Assembly: GCF_006345805.1 (NCBI RefSeq)
Contig: NC_042998.1
Span: 200,074,001 to 200,138,000 of the forward strand
Origin: Octopus sinensis
Lineage: Eukaryota
Length of the DNA stretch: 64,000 nucleotides
Direction: 5' to 3'
This document shows positions 1-12,696 of the stretch, piece by piece. The notes under the pieces were generated by a model. The model did no database searches and was not told the DNA's origin. It saw only the letters and a program-made list of their open reading frames with translations. How positions within the stretch are numbered: position 1 is the first letter of the stretch; each line of letters starts with the position of its first letter. The translations under genes and the position numbers were made by a program.

Positions 1-41
1 CGGCGGAATTTGAAATCAGAACGTAGCGACGGGCGAAATAC
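1..41 (-). mobile_element. SINE family A fragment (tRNA-derived), cut by the window edge and lacking its 5' head
   Basis: Reverse complement GTATTTCGCCCGTCGCTACGTTCTGATTTCAAATTCCGCCG matches the B-box region of the intact copies at 35484 and 49782. Confidence 0.8.
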
Positions 42-59
42 AGACTACAAAGCTAATAG

Positions 60-1078
60 GAACGATAAGGGACAAATGAGGTGTTGATCAATGCTGTATA
101 TACAAACAGTAAAACAAAAACAATAAGCAAGGCAATTAAACAATAGAAATTTTCCGAAAGGGGAGTTCTTTACAGAGACAGCCGAGTAACCCCACGCATT
201 CTGGTTATCCCGACCGCCAGATGCACCTCAGCAGGCGCATCTCTCCTCAAATCCCCCGTTTTATAGACGAATGTTCAGAGTTGGTTCATTCACCACACGC
301 ACCGAAATTTCAAGAAATTTACTGGGGTTGGAAGGAAGTACTTGCCGTTCTACTCTCAATTTCCTTCTCAAGTGGAACTTGAAGAAGTCGATAAGGGCTT
401 GGCATAAGACTAAAGTATCTGTCTTCATTCCTTTCAATCTCGTCCACCACATTACCACCTTCCCATAGCCACGTGACAGGGAAAAATTGTCTTTCCTTCC
501 CGACCAAAGGAAGGTTACGTGGTGATCTTCACGATGGACCCATCTGATAACCCGATCCGTCCTACACGTGATAACAAACAGCTGTTCGACAGAGCTCCAG
601 AAGTCAGTAATACATGGAAACTGGACGAGTAATTGCAGCATGGTTTCCTCGCCCTGCGCACACCCCGGACAGGTCCGTGTGACAACACTTCCGTGTCTGT
701 AAAGCTTGTCTTGAACTGGCAGATTTCCCCCGGTAGCACTGCCAGGCAAAGGATTTCTCGAAGTTATCCATAGGCCCCGGCCAGAAAGTCCTCCCGAAAA
801 GACCGGTTAATTGATCCCTCCTGGCGCTCAGAGTTTCTCCGAAGACATCATCGATCTTTCCCTCCACTAATCCCCGATAGAACTCCATAGTGGAACTTCC
901 ACAGTCCACGTTGACCGAGTGGCAGAAAGCTGCGAGCGCTTGATGAAACTCCTAGTGCCAGTATCCCTTTCTTGCTGTACACTTGATCCCTGACTGTAGC
1001 TCCCTCAATGAGATGAGATGCGGAAAATATTGTGTGACAAACGGTGAACACGCTTGCTCAACTCCAAGAAAGCGCTGG
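60..1078 (-). mobile_element. 5'-truncated Tx1/L1-clade LINE: ORF2 C-terminus with zf-RVT-like Cys motif and 3' UTR
   Basis: Stitched translation HLQRFLGVEQACSPFV...FAWQCYRG/LPVQDKLYRHGSVVTRTCPGCAQGEETMLQLLVQFPCITDFW resembles the W..Y...LPV...L.....CP.C...EET..H....C...W motif of Tx1/L1 ORF2. One in-frame stop (952-954) and one frameshift (~725); ORF stop at 261. Confidence 0.8.
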
Positions 1079-1079
1079 A

Positions 1080-1110
1080 GATGATGATTATGATGATGAT
1101 GATGAAGATG

Positions 1111-1151
<41 letters not shown>
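1080..1151. repeat. (ATG)n/(ATA)n microsatellite
   Basis: Direct reading. Confidence 0.95.
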
Positions 1152-1152
<1 letters not shown>

Positions 1153-1599
1153 TAAAGGGCGTACTGAGACAAAGATAAGCAAGTTCGCCGCCTGAAATAA
1201 AAAATACTAATGGTGATAATGATGATGATGGGGAAGAGAAGGAAGATGAGAAGGAGGAGGATGAGATGATGTGATGATGAGGATTCTTTCCAGTATATGA
1301 AAAAGGATTGAAATTTTGTGGATGGTGTGGGTCGATTACGACACCCCCCAATGTTCAGCTGGTACTTATTTCATTCGTAATAGTACTAATACTAGGAAGA
1401 AGATGTAGGAGGAGAAGAAGAACATCAAAAGAGGAGATAAAGAAAAACGGTGAAGGAAAAAATGCCAAGGAGAAAAGAGAAGAAAACCGGTAAAAAAATG
1501 AATTAAGGCGAACGACCTGCAATCAAAAATGAAATAGTGAATTAGTCGGAAGAGAAAAAAGAAGAAGAAGAGTTAGCGGCAGAAGAGAAACAACAGCAG

Positions 1600-1672
1600 G
1601 AAGAAGAAGAAGAAGAAGAAGAAGAAGAAGAAGAAGAAGAAGAAGAAGAAGAAGAAGAAGAAGAAGAAGAAG
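1600..1672. repeat. (GAA)n microsatellite
   Basis: About 24 perfect GAA units. Confidence 0.97.
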
Positions 1673-4074
1673 ATATAAGCTAATCAAAAGTAATGTGAGA
1701 AAGGAGAGTACAAAAGATAAATAGAAGACGTAGGAAAAAAGAGGATTAATAAAATACGGAAAATATATAACGTAGCCATAATTAGAAAGACAATGAAACA
1801 ACAAGAATACAAAATAAAACTGGTAATGCTAGCTTTAGGTATTGTCTGACATATTGACTACACCACACAGACACTCACGCACACATGGTTTTAACTGTAT
1901 CTGTTCGATGAGTCTGTAATAGACAGACATACAGAAACAAACACAGACAAACAGAAAAATAGGTACATAGGCGGTTAGGTAGACAGCTAGTAAAATATAG
2001 ATAAATACCAATATGTGTCTGTCTGTATTTGTATCAGAATAGCGTTCCAAAACGTAACAAACGAAAAATATAAGACTTAAAAGGAAAAGATTAGACAAAA
2101 TCGTGGTTTTTATTTCCGTAGTAAAATCTTCCTAAATTGTGAAATACTCCTCTTCATTTGATTGATTGAACCGATATGAGTGTGACAGTCGACGAAGGAT
2201 TAAGATATGTTATTAAGTCCTTCTAGATATTTATTAAGATATATTATTATTTGGCTTTGCTTTTTGTTTAAGCCAAGAGAATACAATAAAATGAAACAAC
2301 CTATATACGTAGTATTTGGTGTCTGATGTATTTTTTGTTCTTTTCGCAAATTTTTAATTTATTACAAAAATACGCTCGACGTTATCGCTACAAGTGTGGA
2401 TATTGCGTTCATTTTAATTAAATTTAGCAGCTGTTTCAATGTACAAAGTGTAATTGTAGGATAAGAAGAAAGTAAAACAACAATAGTGGGTACATGTAAA
2501 ATATACGTAGAGAAATAATAAAGAACCATAACATTTATAAGATTAAGAAGTGTGAAATTGTTGGGTCATATGTACACATTGACACGCAGTCTCTTATTCT
2601 ACCAAAATATGCAAAATGACGAATCAAAGTTCGGTTGAGGCTTTATTTATTGATAAAAATGTTGTCAGTCGCAATCTTGGCTTGTTAAATTTAATATCAT
2701 TTCATATGAAAAACAAATAAAGCATTATTTGTTTTATTAAAATATTGCTGGGTTGAATGAGAAGAAAATAAATAAAATACGAGCGTCACTTGCAGACATC
2801 TGTTAACAATTCATTGAATATTTTATACTCGTCTATTTACATTTCATTTTGACAAAAATAACAATAACAATAAGAATATTAGTAATATTAATAATAATAA
2901 TAAAAATAGTAATAGAAATATAATCGATAATCTTTATACTGTGTAAATCAATATTGAATGCAATGTATTGACACTAAAACTTTTGAAACTAAATATATGA
3001 ACAGATTTTACATGAAAATGTGGCTATAATATCAACGTTGGTATGTGTTATGGTGAAGAGTTTGTAACTATTTCACAGAGATCTTTACCACTTCTCTTTG
3101 AAAATATCTAATTTAAAGTTTCATAACTCGATGTTTTTTACTGGTTTCAATCATTTGAACTGATGCTGTCCTGGGACATCGCACTCAAGCATTCAAGTTG
3201 ATATCGACTAATTCGACATATTACTTGTCCAGTGAAAATATTATCAATGTGGAAAGTGTCAATAGACGCGTCGACGCTCGTGTAAGGGGCATAAAACGGA
3301 CTGAACTAAATACTAGTTTAGTTGTGTTTGGCGAATTAGGCTTTGTTACTCCTAATCACATAGGTAGTCATTAGACATGTTAGTAGTTTTCTTTTCTTTT
3401 AGTTTTATTGTATATAATCCTTTGCTTTATCAATGAAAAGGCCTAAGGTACAAACTTACAGTATTTAGGACTTTAATAACTGAGAGTGTTAACTTTTGGT
3501 GAAGAAATTTCTTTTCATGAGATTTTGAGGGGTCACAAATGAACATACGTGCTGTTTTAACCGGTCAGTTTTTTTATATGTTTTTGTCATTTAGAATGTT
3601 CCGTATTTCTATTTAGAAGGTACCTACCTTACAAAGGAGCACACCTAAATATATAAAGTTGTTTACAAAAATCTAAATACATGAATGAAATCTAAACAAT
3701 AGCATAACACCAAATTCAATCCATAAAAATATCTATAAGATACCTCTTTATAATGACTCACTCTAAAACCTAATTACTACTCAGGTAAACCAATCCCAAG
3801 AAAGGCTTTAATCTAACAGAGACTATAGAATGCCAAGATTAACACTAAAGCATCGCAGTTCAATGTTCAATGACCTACGGATTAAGTGGTCGAAACTCAG
3901 AGAGTCTCTGTAAACAATAGTCCTATTTAAAAATAAGCTTGTATTCCACAAAAGTATTGAGTAATATTTGAGACAAATGTAAACTTGTTTTCATTCTAAT
4001 TAAACATACAAACTAACACTTGAACAATATATATATACATATATATATATGTATATAACAAAGTAAATTGTAAG

Positions 4075-5110
4075 GTACCACTACTTATGCAAACCTGGTG
4101 ATGGCCTACCTAGAATTACAAATTTATGAAGAATCCAAATCTAAATACAGCTTGTCTTTCCACAAATAGTCAAGACCAAGAACTTCCTTTTCTATACATT
4201 CTTATTATAAAAAAGGCACCAACTTTGAAATTGATATCCACTACAAACCAACTGATTGAAAACAATACCTTCTGTTCCCATCCAATCACCCAAAGCACAC
4301 GGAGACAAACATCCCCATCAACCTAGCGAGAAGAATCTGTACAATTGTCACAAATTATAGAAAACGAAATAAAAGACTCCAAGAACTAAAGGCAATTCTT
4401 ATCAAAGGACATTACCCAGCATCATTAGTTGACAATAGAATAGAACGGACAAAGACAATCGCTACCCAGAACTTAAGAAAACCGAAACACACTCACGGTA
4501 CATTAAATAGTCTACCGTATATTTCAACACACAATCCAAGAAATGCAGAAGCTTACACAATGATATACAAGAACATTCCACAGCCGAGTGAAGACCCACG
4601 TCTAAATAAAGTACTCGCAACCAATAAAATGATAAAAAGTAAAAACTACCCAAATCCCTAAAAAAAACCTTCTCACCAATGCAAGATTACCCAACACAAG
4701 CCCACCGCCAACCGTCAAAAAACTTGGCCGTTCCAACTGCAGGACTTCAATCCACCTCATTGAAGGAAAAATATGCAAATTCCAGTCGGGATACACTTTG
4801 TCATAAAAAATAACTTCACCTGCGCATCAAAGAATTTACGTTTCGCCAAGGTGTCGAGGGTACCACAAAAATTACATAGAGCAAACGAGACTTAAGCTCA
4901 GAGAAAGGATGACAGTTCACCACCAACAATTGAGGAATCTCACCACAAGACAGATACCACTTAGTGGGCACATAGATCTCTGTGGACAGAACACATCCAT
5001 CAAATTTCTTAGTTTTCCCACTATACTAATGCCTGGACAACACCGCTGACCAAACACGAATATATAGGGAAAATAATCTTATTCAAAAATACAGACCACA
5101 CCTCGACACC
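4075..5110 (+). mobile_element. Penelope-like retroelement fragment (RT C-terminus plus GIY-YIG endonuclease), decayed
   Basis: Translations GTTTYANLVMAYLE; LPFLYILI; IHYKPTD*KQYLLFPSNHPKHTETNIPINLARRICTI; NFTCASKNL; CRGYHKNYIEQTRLKLRERMTVHHQQ are all typical PLE motifs. Stops and frameshifts are present. Confidence 0.9.
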
Positions 5111-5129
5111 CCCAGGTACACACCCAAAA

Positions 5130-6430
5130 CAAACACACAGAAACACATACAGATGTAGAAAATCACACACACACACATATATATATATATATACACACAC
5201 GCACACACACAATATCCCCACTCTAGAGCACAAACCCACACATATTCCAAGAAAAAACACATATATATATACACTTGCAATACGATTCTAACCAAAACTC
5301 ATAACCAAAACTCACACACACACAAATGCACACATGCGTAAACACGTACGTGCGCACACCTACAAACACCACCCCGACTATTACAGAACACATTCACACA
5401 AACACACCCACACATACACATATACACACATGCATATATGCACGCATATGCACACACTCAAGCACAATACACCCGTTCCCCAGTAAAAAATCACACACAC
5501 ACAATCCAAAGAAAAAACACACACACATATACACATAATGCAATCCCCACAATCCCAAAAAGCACTCACACATACATACACACAGGCATGCACACACAAA
5601 ATGACACACACCTCCCCGACAAATACAAGACACATAGACACACTCACACAAAGACACCCACACGTATAGACACACACTGTACCAAAAATACAAACAAAAC
5701 AAATCATTCACAAACACAGAACACACCCACACATGTACACACAGAGCCGGAAACTACATAAACCATACCCACATACACACACACAAACATATACTCGGTG
5801 CCAACATACACAAAACGCACATAGACACACATACACAGCGCCCGGATAATCCCAAGTCACACATATACACACAGAAACCCTGATAAATAAAACACACTCA
5901 CACACACACATATACAGCCACACACACCCCCATACACATAAATATGAACCATAACACACATGCAGTTGCTCACACAGACACACATCACAAGGACAATTAA
6001 TACAACACATACTCAGACAGACACACACAAACACTCACGTACACACATAACCTCCCCACCAACACAAAACACATAAATATACACACGCACACACACAGAC
6101 GCACACATACACACACCAAAAACGTGCACACATATACACACAGAAACCCTGATAAATAAAACACACTCACACACACACATACACACACCGTCACCTCCAG
6201 GACAATTATATCAACACAAATATACTCAAACAGAGACACACATACACACTCACATATACACACATAATATCCCCACCAACACAAAACACACAAACATACA
6301 CATGCACACACGCGAACAAACACATACATACACCTGCGCACACACAACACCCTAACAAATATTAATTACACACATACACACACAAAGTCTGGGACCAATC
6401 AAAAAACGGCCTACACACACAAACACATTT
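5130..6430. repeat. Complex CA-rich low-complexity tract with a degenerate internal duplication
   Basis: ACAGAAACCCTGATAAATAAAACACACTCAC at 5871 and 6140; GGACAATTA at 5991 and 6200; CCCCACCAACACAAAACACA at 6054 and 6271. Confidence 0.85.
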
Positions 6431-6853
6431 ATATTCACACAGACGTAGAGAGACGTGCACAGAGACACACCAAAAACACCATTCTGACCTCTAAGACCAG
6501 TCCCCAAAACAATCCTTTAAATTCCACATCACTTTTCATTCTTCTCACTCCAACCAACCTCCCACACTGCCCCATAAAATAGGAAACATTCCTTAGCTCC
6601 ACACAAGACAGAAAAAATGCCAAAAACACAGGCCGGTTCCGTTCCAAGTTTTTTTTTTAATTCTTAAACATTTTCTTATTATTATCGAAGTATGTATATA
6701 TGCGTTTTAATACTTTTGTGACAACCAGTACTTAACACAATAAAGCTTATACAAGGCTTTAGATTTTACTTTTGACAATTGTTTCCCCAAAAAGTCCAAC
6801 CAGTTAAGTAAATAAACATCTTTAAATTGCATTTTCAAACCTTATATATGTAT

Positions 6854-6897
<44 letters not shown>

Positions 6898-7087
6898 ATA
6901 TATGAGGCCAACAATTATTTCCATGAAATGTGGAAATTGCCGATTCAAAGTCTGTTCTCAGCATTATTGGCATGGAAATACTTTTTCTTTTGCCCTCGTT
7001 TATAAGTTGTTTATAATTTGAACCTTTAAATGTATTTTAATATACTGCCACTTTTGATGAAAGTTCTTTCTGAAAAAATGATTATCC

Positions 7088-7100
7088 TATATTATTATAT

Positions 7101-7156
<56 letters not shown>

Positions 7157-7187
7157 TATATATGTAATATATGTATATATGTGTATA

Positions 7188-7218
<31 letters not shown>

Positions 7219-7219
7219 G

Positions 7220-7290
<71 letters not shown>

Positions 7291-7335
7291 CGTGTGTGTG
7301 TATGTGTGTGTGTGAGTGTGAGTGTTTGTGTATGT
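7088..7335. repeat. (TA)n/(TG)n compound microsatellite
   Basis: Direct reading. Confidence 0.95.
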
Positions 7336-7736
7336 CAGCTTTTTTAATATTCTTGGCATTAAATATTTTCCCATAAGATACGAAGTTTATTGTTTTCACA
7401 GATAAATTACGGCAAAACTGCATATCGATTCACATATATTCACACTTAGTGGGAGGAGGGGGCGGGGAGAATTATAAATATCTAAAAAAAAAACTGTAAT
7501 CCTCACAGCTAATGTTGAGTATTTAAATATTGCTGAACACGGTTATACGGCTAAAAGAATATACATAAATAATTAGATATTTAAATTGAGGATTTCAGAT
7601 GGATAACTATATAAAAAGCAAGAGGAGTCCTTGAATATACAAATAGATTCCTTACAAATGAACTAAATACAGAGTTCATTCGGTGAAACTCTACGATGGA
7701 TTTTGCCCCTAAATGTAAGAGAAGCGAACGTTTACA

Positions 7737-7751
7737 TCTATCTATCTATCG

Positions 7752-7815
<64 letters not shown>

Positions 7816-7880
7816 GTCTATCTATCTATATATCAATCTATCTATCTATCAATGTATATCTATCTTTCTATATCTATCTT

Positions 7881-7919
<39 letters not shown>

Positions 7920-8072
7920 ATATCTATCTATCTATCTATCTATATATATCTATCTACCCATCAATATATCTATCTACCTATCTATTTATCTATCTATCTA
8001 TCTATCTATCCATCTATCTATCTATCTGTCTTTCTATCTATCAGGTAGCTAGCTGGATAGATAGATAGATAG
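7737..8072. repeat. (TCTA)n GATA-type microsatellite
   Basis: Direct reading; ends with a short inverted (GATA)n run. Confidence 0.95.
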
Positions 8073-10706
8073 CATGGTACCATCAAACGCACATACCTAC
8101 GCACACACATACACACACACACACACACGAGCAGTTCAGAAGTTTTACATTCAGCTATGAAATAGCTGAATCTTAACACTTGTATATTTGTGTGCGTATA
8201 TATATATATGCGCGAACGCGCGTGTGTGTGTGTGTTGTGTGTGAGGGTTTGTGTGTGTGTGAGTGTGTTTGTGCGTGTATGAGTGTGTGTGTGTATGTGT
8301 GTGTGCCTGTATGTATTTGAGCGCTTGTGTGCGCATTTGGTTTCATATTTATGTACATCTCATGCATATTTTCATTTAGCATGGAAATATATCATCTTTT
8401 AATATAGCACTTCTCCTCATATGTATCACTGAATTTCTCATAATTCTCTCTTCTGTAATTTGTATTCCTTCCAGTGAGGTATTTTGAAATTGCTTTTATT
8501 ATGTTGCAACTTGTACAAGATTAATCTACTTGCATTTCGTTCTGAATTCCATTTAAATATAGAATCTGTATGTATGTATGTTTTCGAACATCTAACATAT
8601 TTCTTGTGGAACTTATAGAACTAATAATTCATCTATGTAAGAAATTCATCTATTTGTAAATGCTGCTGATCCAGTTAAACTTACAGTCATTTAAATTTCA
8701 TAATCGACCTCAAGTCTTGGTCGTATCTCATGTACTTTAAGTCAGTAGTGGGAAATGTTTGAACTTCTTAACAGCCTAATGATTAATACAACCACAGTGA
8801 CTATTGAATAGCGATCATTTCTACTATAGGTACATCTTTATTTGTGATGCTATTATTCGGCGATTCCTACTTAAATTTTCAAAATATTATTATTGATAAT
8901 AAAGGTAATAATTTCATAACATGCACTGAGCCCATTAATTTTCTGCTTTCTGCGTTTTTCGTTAAATAAAATATTTTCACGTTAAAGTGGTGCCTAAACT
9001 TACTTCATCGCTGTACACATTTTCCTTCTGATAATCTGATGATGCGAGTATTCCATGTACGTTTGCCTTGCCACTCAAATATCTATATGTACATTCACAA
9101 CTGTGTATAATACAGTTTTTTAAAAATTTGTTGCCAATAAAAAATATTCCTTTTAATGTTATATATGCCGAAAGAACATAGCTGTCTAAATGGAATACAT
9201 TGCTAATCTTTACTCCAAGGATTTGGGAGCATGTCCTTAGATATTTCAGTATAATTAGAAGACTCTAGAGGAGAGTGTGACAATGAAGTATATATATCTG
9301 GACATAGATTGAATTTATTTTGATGCAGTGCCTGAAAGGTTTAAATCTTAAAAGTCTATTAGATATACTGTTGTCAACTAAACACTAGAAATTTCCTAGT
9401 TACTCTAATTTGATCAGTAAACGTTAGAGAGGTTATTAATATAGTCGATTAAACCCATGGCTGGTATTTTGGAATTCAATGTAATAAGAACCTTTTTTTA
9501 TTACTGTTACATGCATCGACATAAGATGAAGGGAAATTTTGACTAACATCAATTTAAACACAGTAAAAGGGCTGAACTTATTTGAAGCATGATGGGTTAA
9601 GTAATCTAATATAAATGAAGGAATAAATACTTGAATTTAATAGTTATTTCATATAAATGTGGACAGAAAGCAGCAACGTTGTTTAAAGTCTATTGATATC
9701 TTCACCAGGTACGTGGAAAATCCCCATGTACATTTCGATACAATCAAGAGTTCATTAGGGAAACATATGTCTGAACGTATTTGTCGAAGAAGTGACAGAA
9801 GAATCATAAATACAATGTCCATAGAAATAGTGACCATACGTTTGCATGCATAAAATTCAAGGTAATACGATTTAATAATTCAACGAATAAACCTAATTTA
9901 AAGGATGAAATAAGTTTTTTATTGCAGTACGAAAAGGCACATTTTATGCGGCTGCTATATATATTAAAATATATAGTTGATCTAAAGGGATTTCGGTTAT
10001 CAGCGGCTAATATATGTTGTGGTTGAAATATGAAACGTGTAATTATTATTTTTATACCTTTTCAACTATCAATAGGTAATTTCCCCTCATGGCATCATTC
10101 TGAAGGGTGTAATTAACATACACAGCTGTATTTACAATATACATTTTGATGATCGCAAGAAATTGCCATAGCCAGAAAAATATATCTTTAATTAAATTCT
10201 TTTGCCGCCATGAAAATTTACATACATGTCTGCAGAAATATATTAACTGATATCATAATTTATATTTGGACTCAGCGAGCCAATGTCTGTTTGAAACTAC
10301 ACGAGAATATAATAATTCCCACATAGCTTTCAATGTCATCAACGTAGCCTTAATAGTTTTGCGCAGATCCACTTCGTAGAGATGTCAATATAACTATTCT
10401 CAGAGGCCATGTTTTATAACTATTTATTTTGACAGTATTCCCCCGGGCAAAATGTTATGCCAGTCAACCACTCGACGCAGCATCACGAGAAATAGAAAAT
10501 CTCTAATAACAAATTTAATCTGACCATCATATAACACTAATTCAATCCCTCACAGCATGCGTATAAATATAAGAAAACAATGCGCGTGTGTGTATGGGCA
10601 TATATATATACAAATATACATACATTACATACATACATACATATATACATACATACATACATATATACATATATACATACATACATATATACATATATAT
10701 ACATAA

Positions 10707-11110
10707 ACGACCTAAACATTAGCTTCAAGGTTCATCCAAGACCGGGACCACGGGCCATACGTCCCCTGCCCAATTCAAGATCACAGCATACATGTACACT
10801 GCAACATAATTTCTTTTCCTCAACAGGCCCTGCCCTATTCAACATTGTCCCGAAAGAGATCAAAGAGGAAAAGGATCCCATCAACTTTAAACGGAGTCTG
10901 GATAGATTCCTTCAAAGAATACCAGATAAGCCACCCATAATTGGATACAACGCACCTAACAAAAACTCACTACTTGAATGGACCATAAACAAAACTTGAC
11001 TTAAACAGGATTCGTATAATCCTATCAGGTGGTGCTATTAAGTTAGACATGGCCTGGACCAATCTTTGGTCGAAACATATCTAAGTTTATCTAAGTTTAT
11101 CTAAGTTTAT
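10707..11110 (+). mobile_element. CR1-clade LINE 3' end, family 2, copy 1
   Basis: Open frame DLNISFKVHPRPGP...NFFSSTGPALFNIVPKEIKEEKDPINFKRSLDRFLQRIPDKP...NSLLEW is CR1 ORF2 C-terminus-like; 3' stem-loop and (ATCTAAGTTT)n tail; near-identical copy at 18145. Confidence 0.85.
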
Positions 11111-11118
11111 TTATATAC

Positions 11119-11159
<41 letters not shown>

Positions 11160-11288
11160 TACATATACATATATATATATAAACATATATATATATACAT
11201 ATACATGTATGGATGTATATATATGCACACACATAAATCAACACACACACACATACACAGACAAGCAGCACAATCACACACACGCATA

Positions 11289-11760
11289 TACAGGGGGCAG
11301 TGAAGACACTCGTATAATTTACGCAAAAATTAAAAACAAATATTTGATATTTCATTTTAACAGATTTATTTACCAAAATGACATACAAATATCTTGAAAT
11401 ACTATAGAGAAAATTTATTCAATAAACTCGCCATTGGCTTCAACCACGGCCTTCAGACGACTTCGGAATCTCCTGCAATGCTTCTGGATGGCCTCTTCGT
11501 TTAAGCTGATGAATGCTGCCGTAATCCTTACCTTCACTTAATCTTTGGTGTTAGGAGGGGTTTCGTTGGTGTCACGCTCAACTGCGCTCCACGCATAATA
11601 ATCAAGGGTATTGCAGTCTGGGGAGTTAGGTGGCCAGATGTCAGGGGTGATGTGGTCACAGAAATCGTATGACAACCATGGCATGGCTTCTAGTGCAGAG
11701 TCATGTTGCCAGTCATAGGGTCTTCCAGAAGCAGCAGCCACTCTCTTGATCCAGGACAGC
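11289..11760 (-). mobile_element. Tc1/mariner maT-type (DD37D) transposase 3' fragment
   Basis: WQHDS...WPPNSPDCNTLDYYAWSAVERDTN...RRFRSRLKAVVEANGEFIE*; putative terminal TA-CAGGGGG at 11289. Confidence 0.85.
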
Positions 11761-11786
11761 ATTATATCTCCGGGTACTTTATGTAG

Positions 11787-12166
11787 GTCATTTGACTGCG
11801 GCCATATTGGAGCACAGCCTTTAATCGAGCAACTCGACCCCGGGACTTATTCTTTTGTTAGCCCAGTACTTATTCTATCGGTGTCTTTTGCCGAACCGCT
11901 AAGTAACGGGGACGTAAACACACCAGCATCGGTCGTCAAGCAATGCATGGGGTACAAACACAGACACACAGACACACATACATATATATATATATATACA
12001 TATATACGACGGTCTTCTTCAGTTTCCGTCTACCAAATCCACTCACAAGGCATTGGTTGGCCCGGGACTATAGCAGAAGACACTTGTCCAATATGCCACG
12101 CAGTGGGACTGAACCCGGAACCATGTGGTTGGTTAGCAAGCTACTTACCACACTGCCACTCCTGCG

Positions 12167-12168
<2 letters not shown>
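11787..12168 (-). mobile_element. SINE family B (tRNA head, central TA/CA microsatellite, CR1-like tail)
   Basis: Head GGCGCAGGAGTGGCAGTGTGGTAAGTAGCTTGC...GGTTCAGTCCC; matches copies at 32281, 33693, 50397, 57583 and 59182. Confidence 0.9.
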
Positions 12169-12212
<44 letters not shown>

Positions 12213-12272
12213 CTATTTCTATTTCTATTTTTTACTTGTTTCAGTCATTAGACTGTGGTCATGCTGGGGCAC

Positions 12273-12696
12273 ACATAATTAAGATTCAGTTGAATTAAGT
12301 ACTTAAGTTGAAGCACCAACTCAGCCGGTAAAATCAAACTAAGCAACAGAATATCAAGTAGTAATGCAGTATGGCTGGGAAGTGTAGCCACACCTGCCGC
12401 ACCCTCCTGATTTGGCACCAACTGATTTCCACCTCTTTCGATCTCTTTCAAATGCTATGCGCGGAGTTTCGTTCAATACTGATGCAGAAGTGAGAGCTGG
12501 TTTGGGTCAATTTTACGAGTCGAAATCGGGTGATTTCTACCAACGAGGTATTGAAAATCCTGTTGAATGTTGGGAAGAAGTTTTAAACAACAAGGGTGAA
12601 TACATTATTCATTATTGATTAATTATTTGTTATTTTTCATTAAACCATTCAAATATTAATAAAAATAACGGCGGGAACTTAGTTGCCAACCCAATA
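12273..12696 (+). mobile_element. mariner transposase 3' fragment with right TIR
   Basis: PDLAPTDFHLFRSLSNAMRGVSF...GIENPVECWEEVLNNKGEYII*; ends GGAACTTAGTTGCCAACCCAA-TA, a typical mariner TIR plus TA. Confidence 0.9.

Noticed and set aside
8030-8072. (TCTA)n/(GATA)n fold-back, and (CA)n/(TG)n inverted tracts at 8090-8330
   Set aside because: These are generic consequences of abundant microsatellites in both orientations.
8472-8489. 18-nt inverted match CAGTGAGGTATTTTGAAA with 55781-55798
   Set aside because: It is AT-rich, isolated and 47 kb apart, consistent with chance; only a partial let-7-like start and no hairpin.
10707-10740. Apparent common 5' truncation point of three CR1 family-2 copies
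   Set aside because: On translation the 18145 and 38370 copies extend further upstream, so the ends do not coincide.
11041-11090. Stem-loop followed by GAAAC in CR1 tails (also 18510-18545) as hammerheads
   Set aside because: There is no CUGANGA-like core; it is better explained as the LINE 3' recognition stem.
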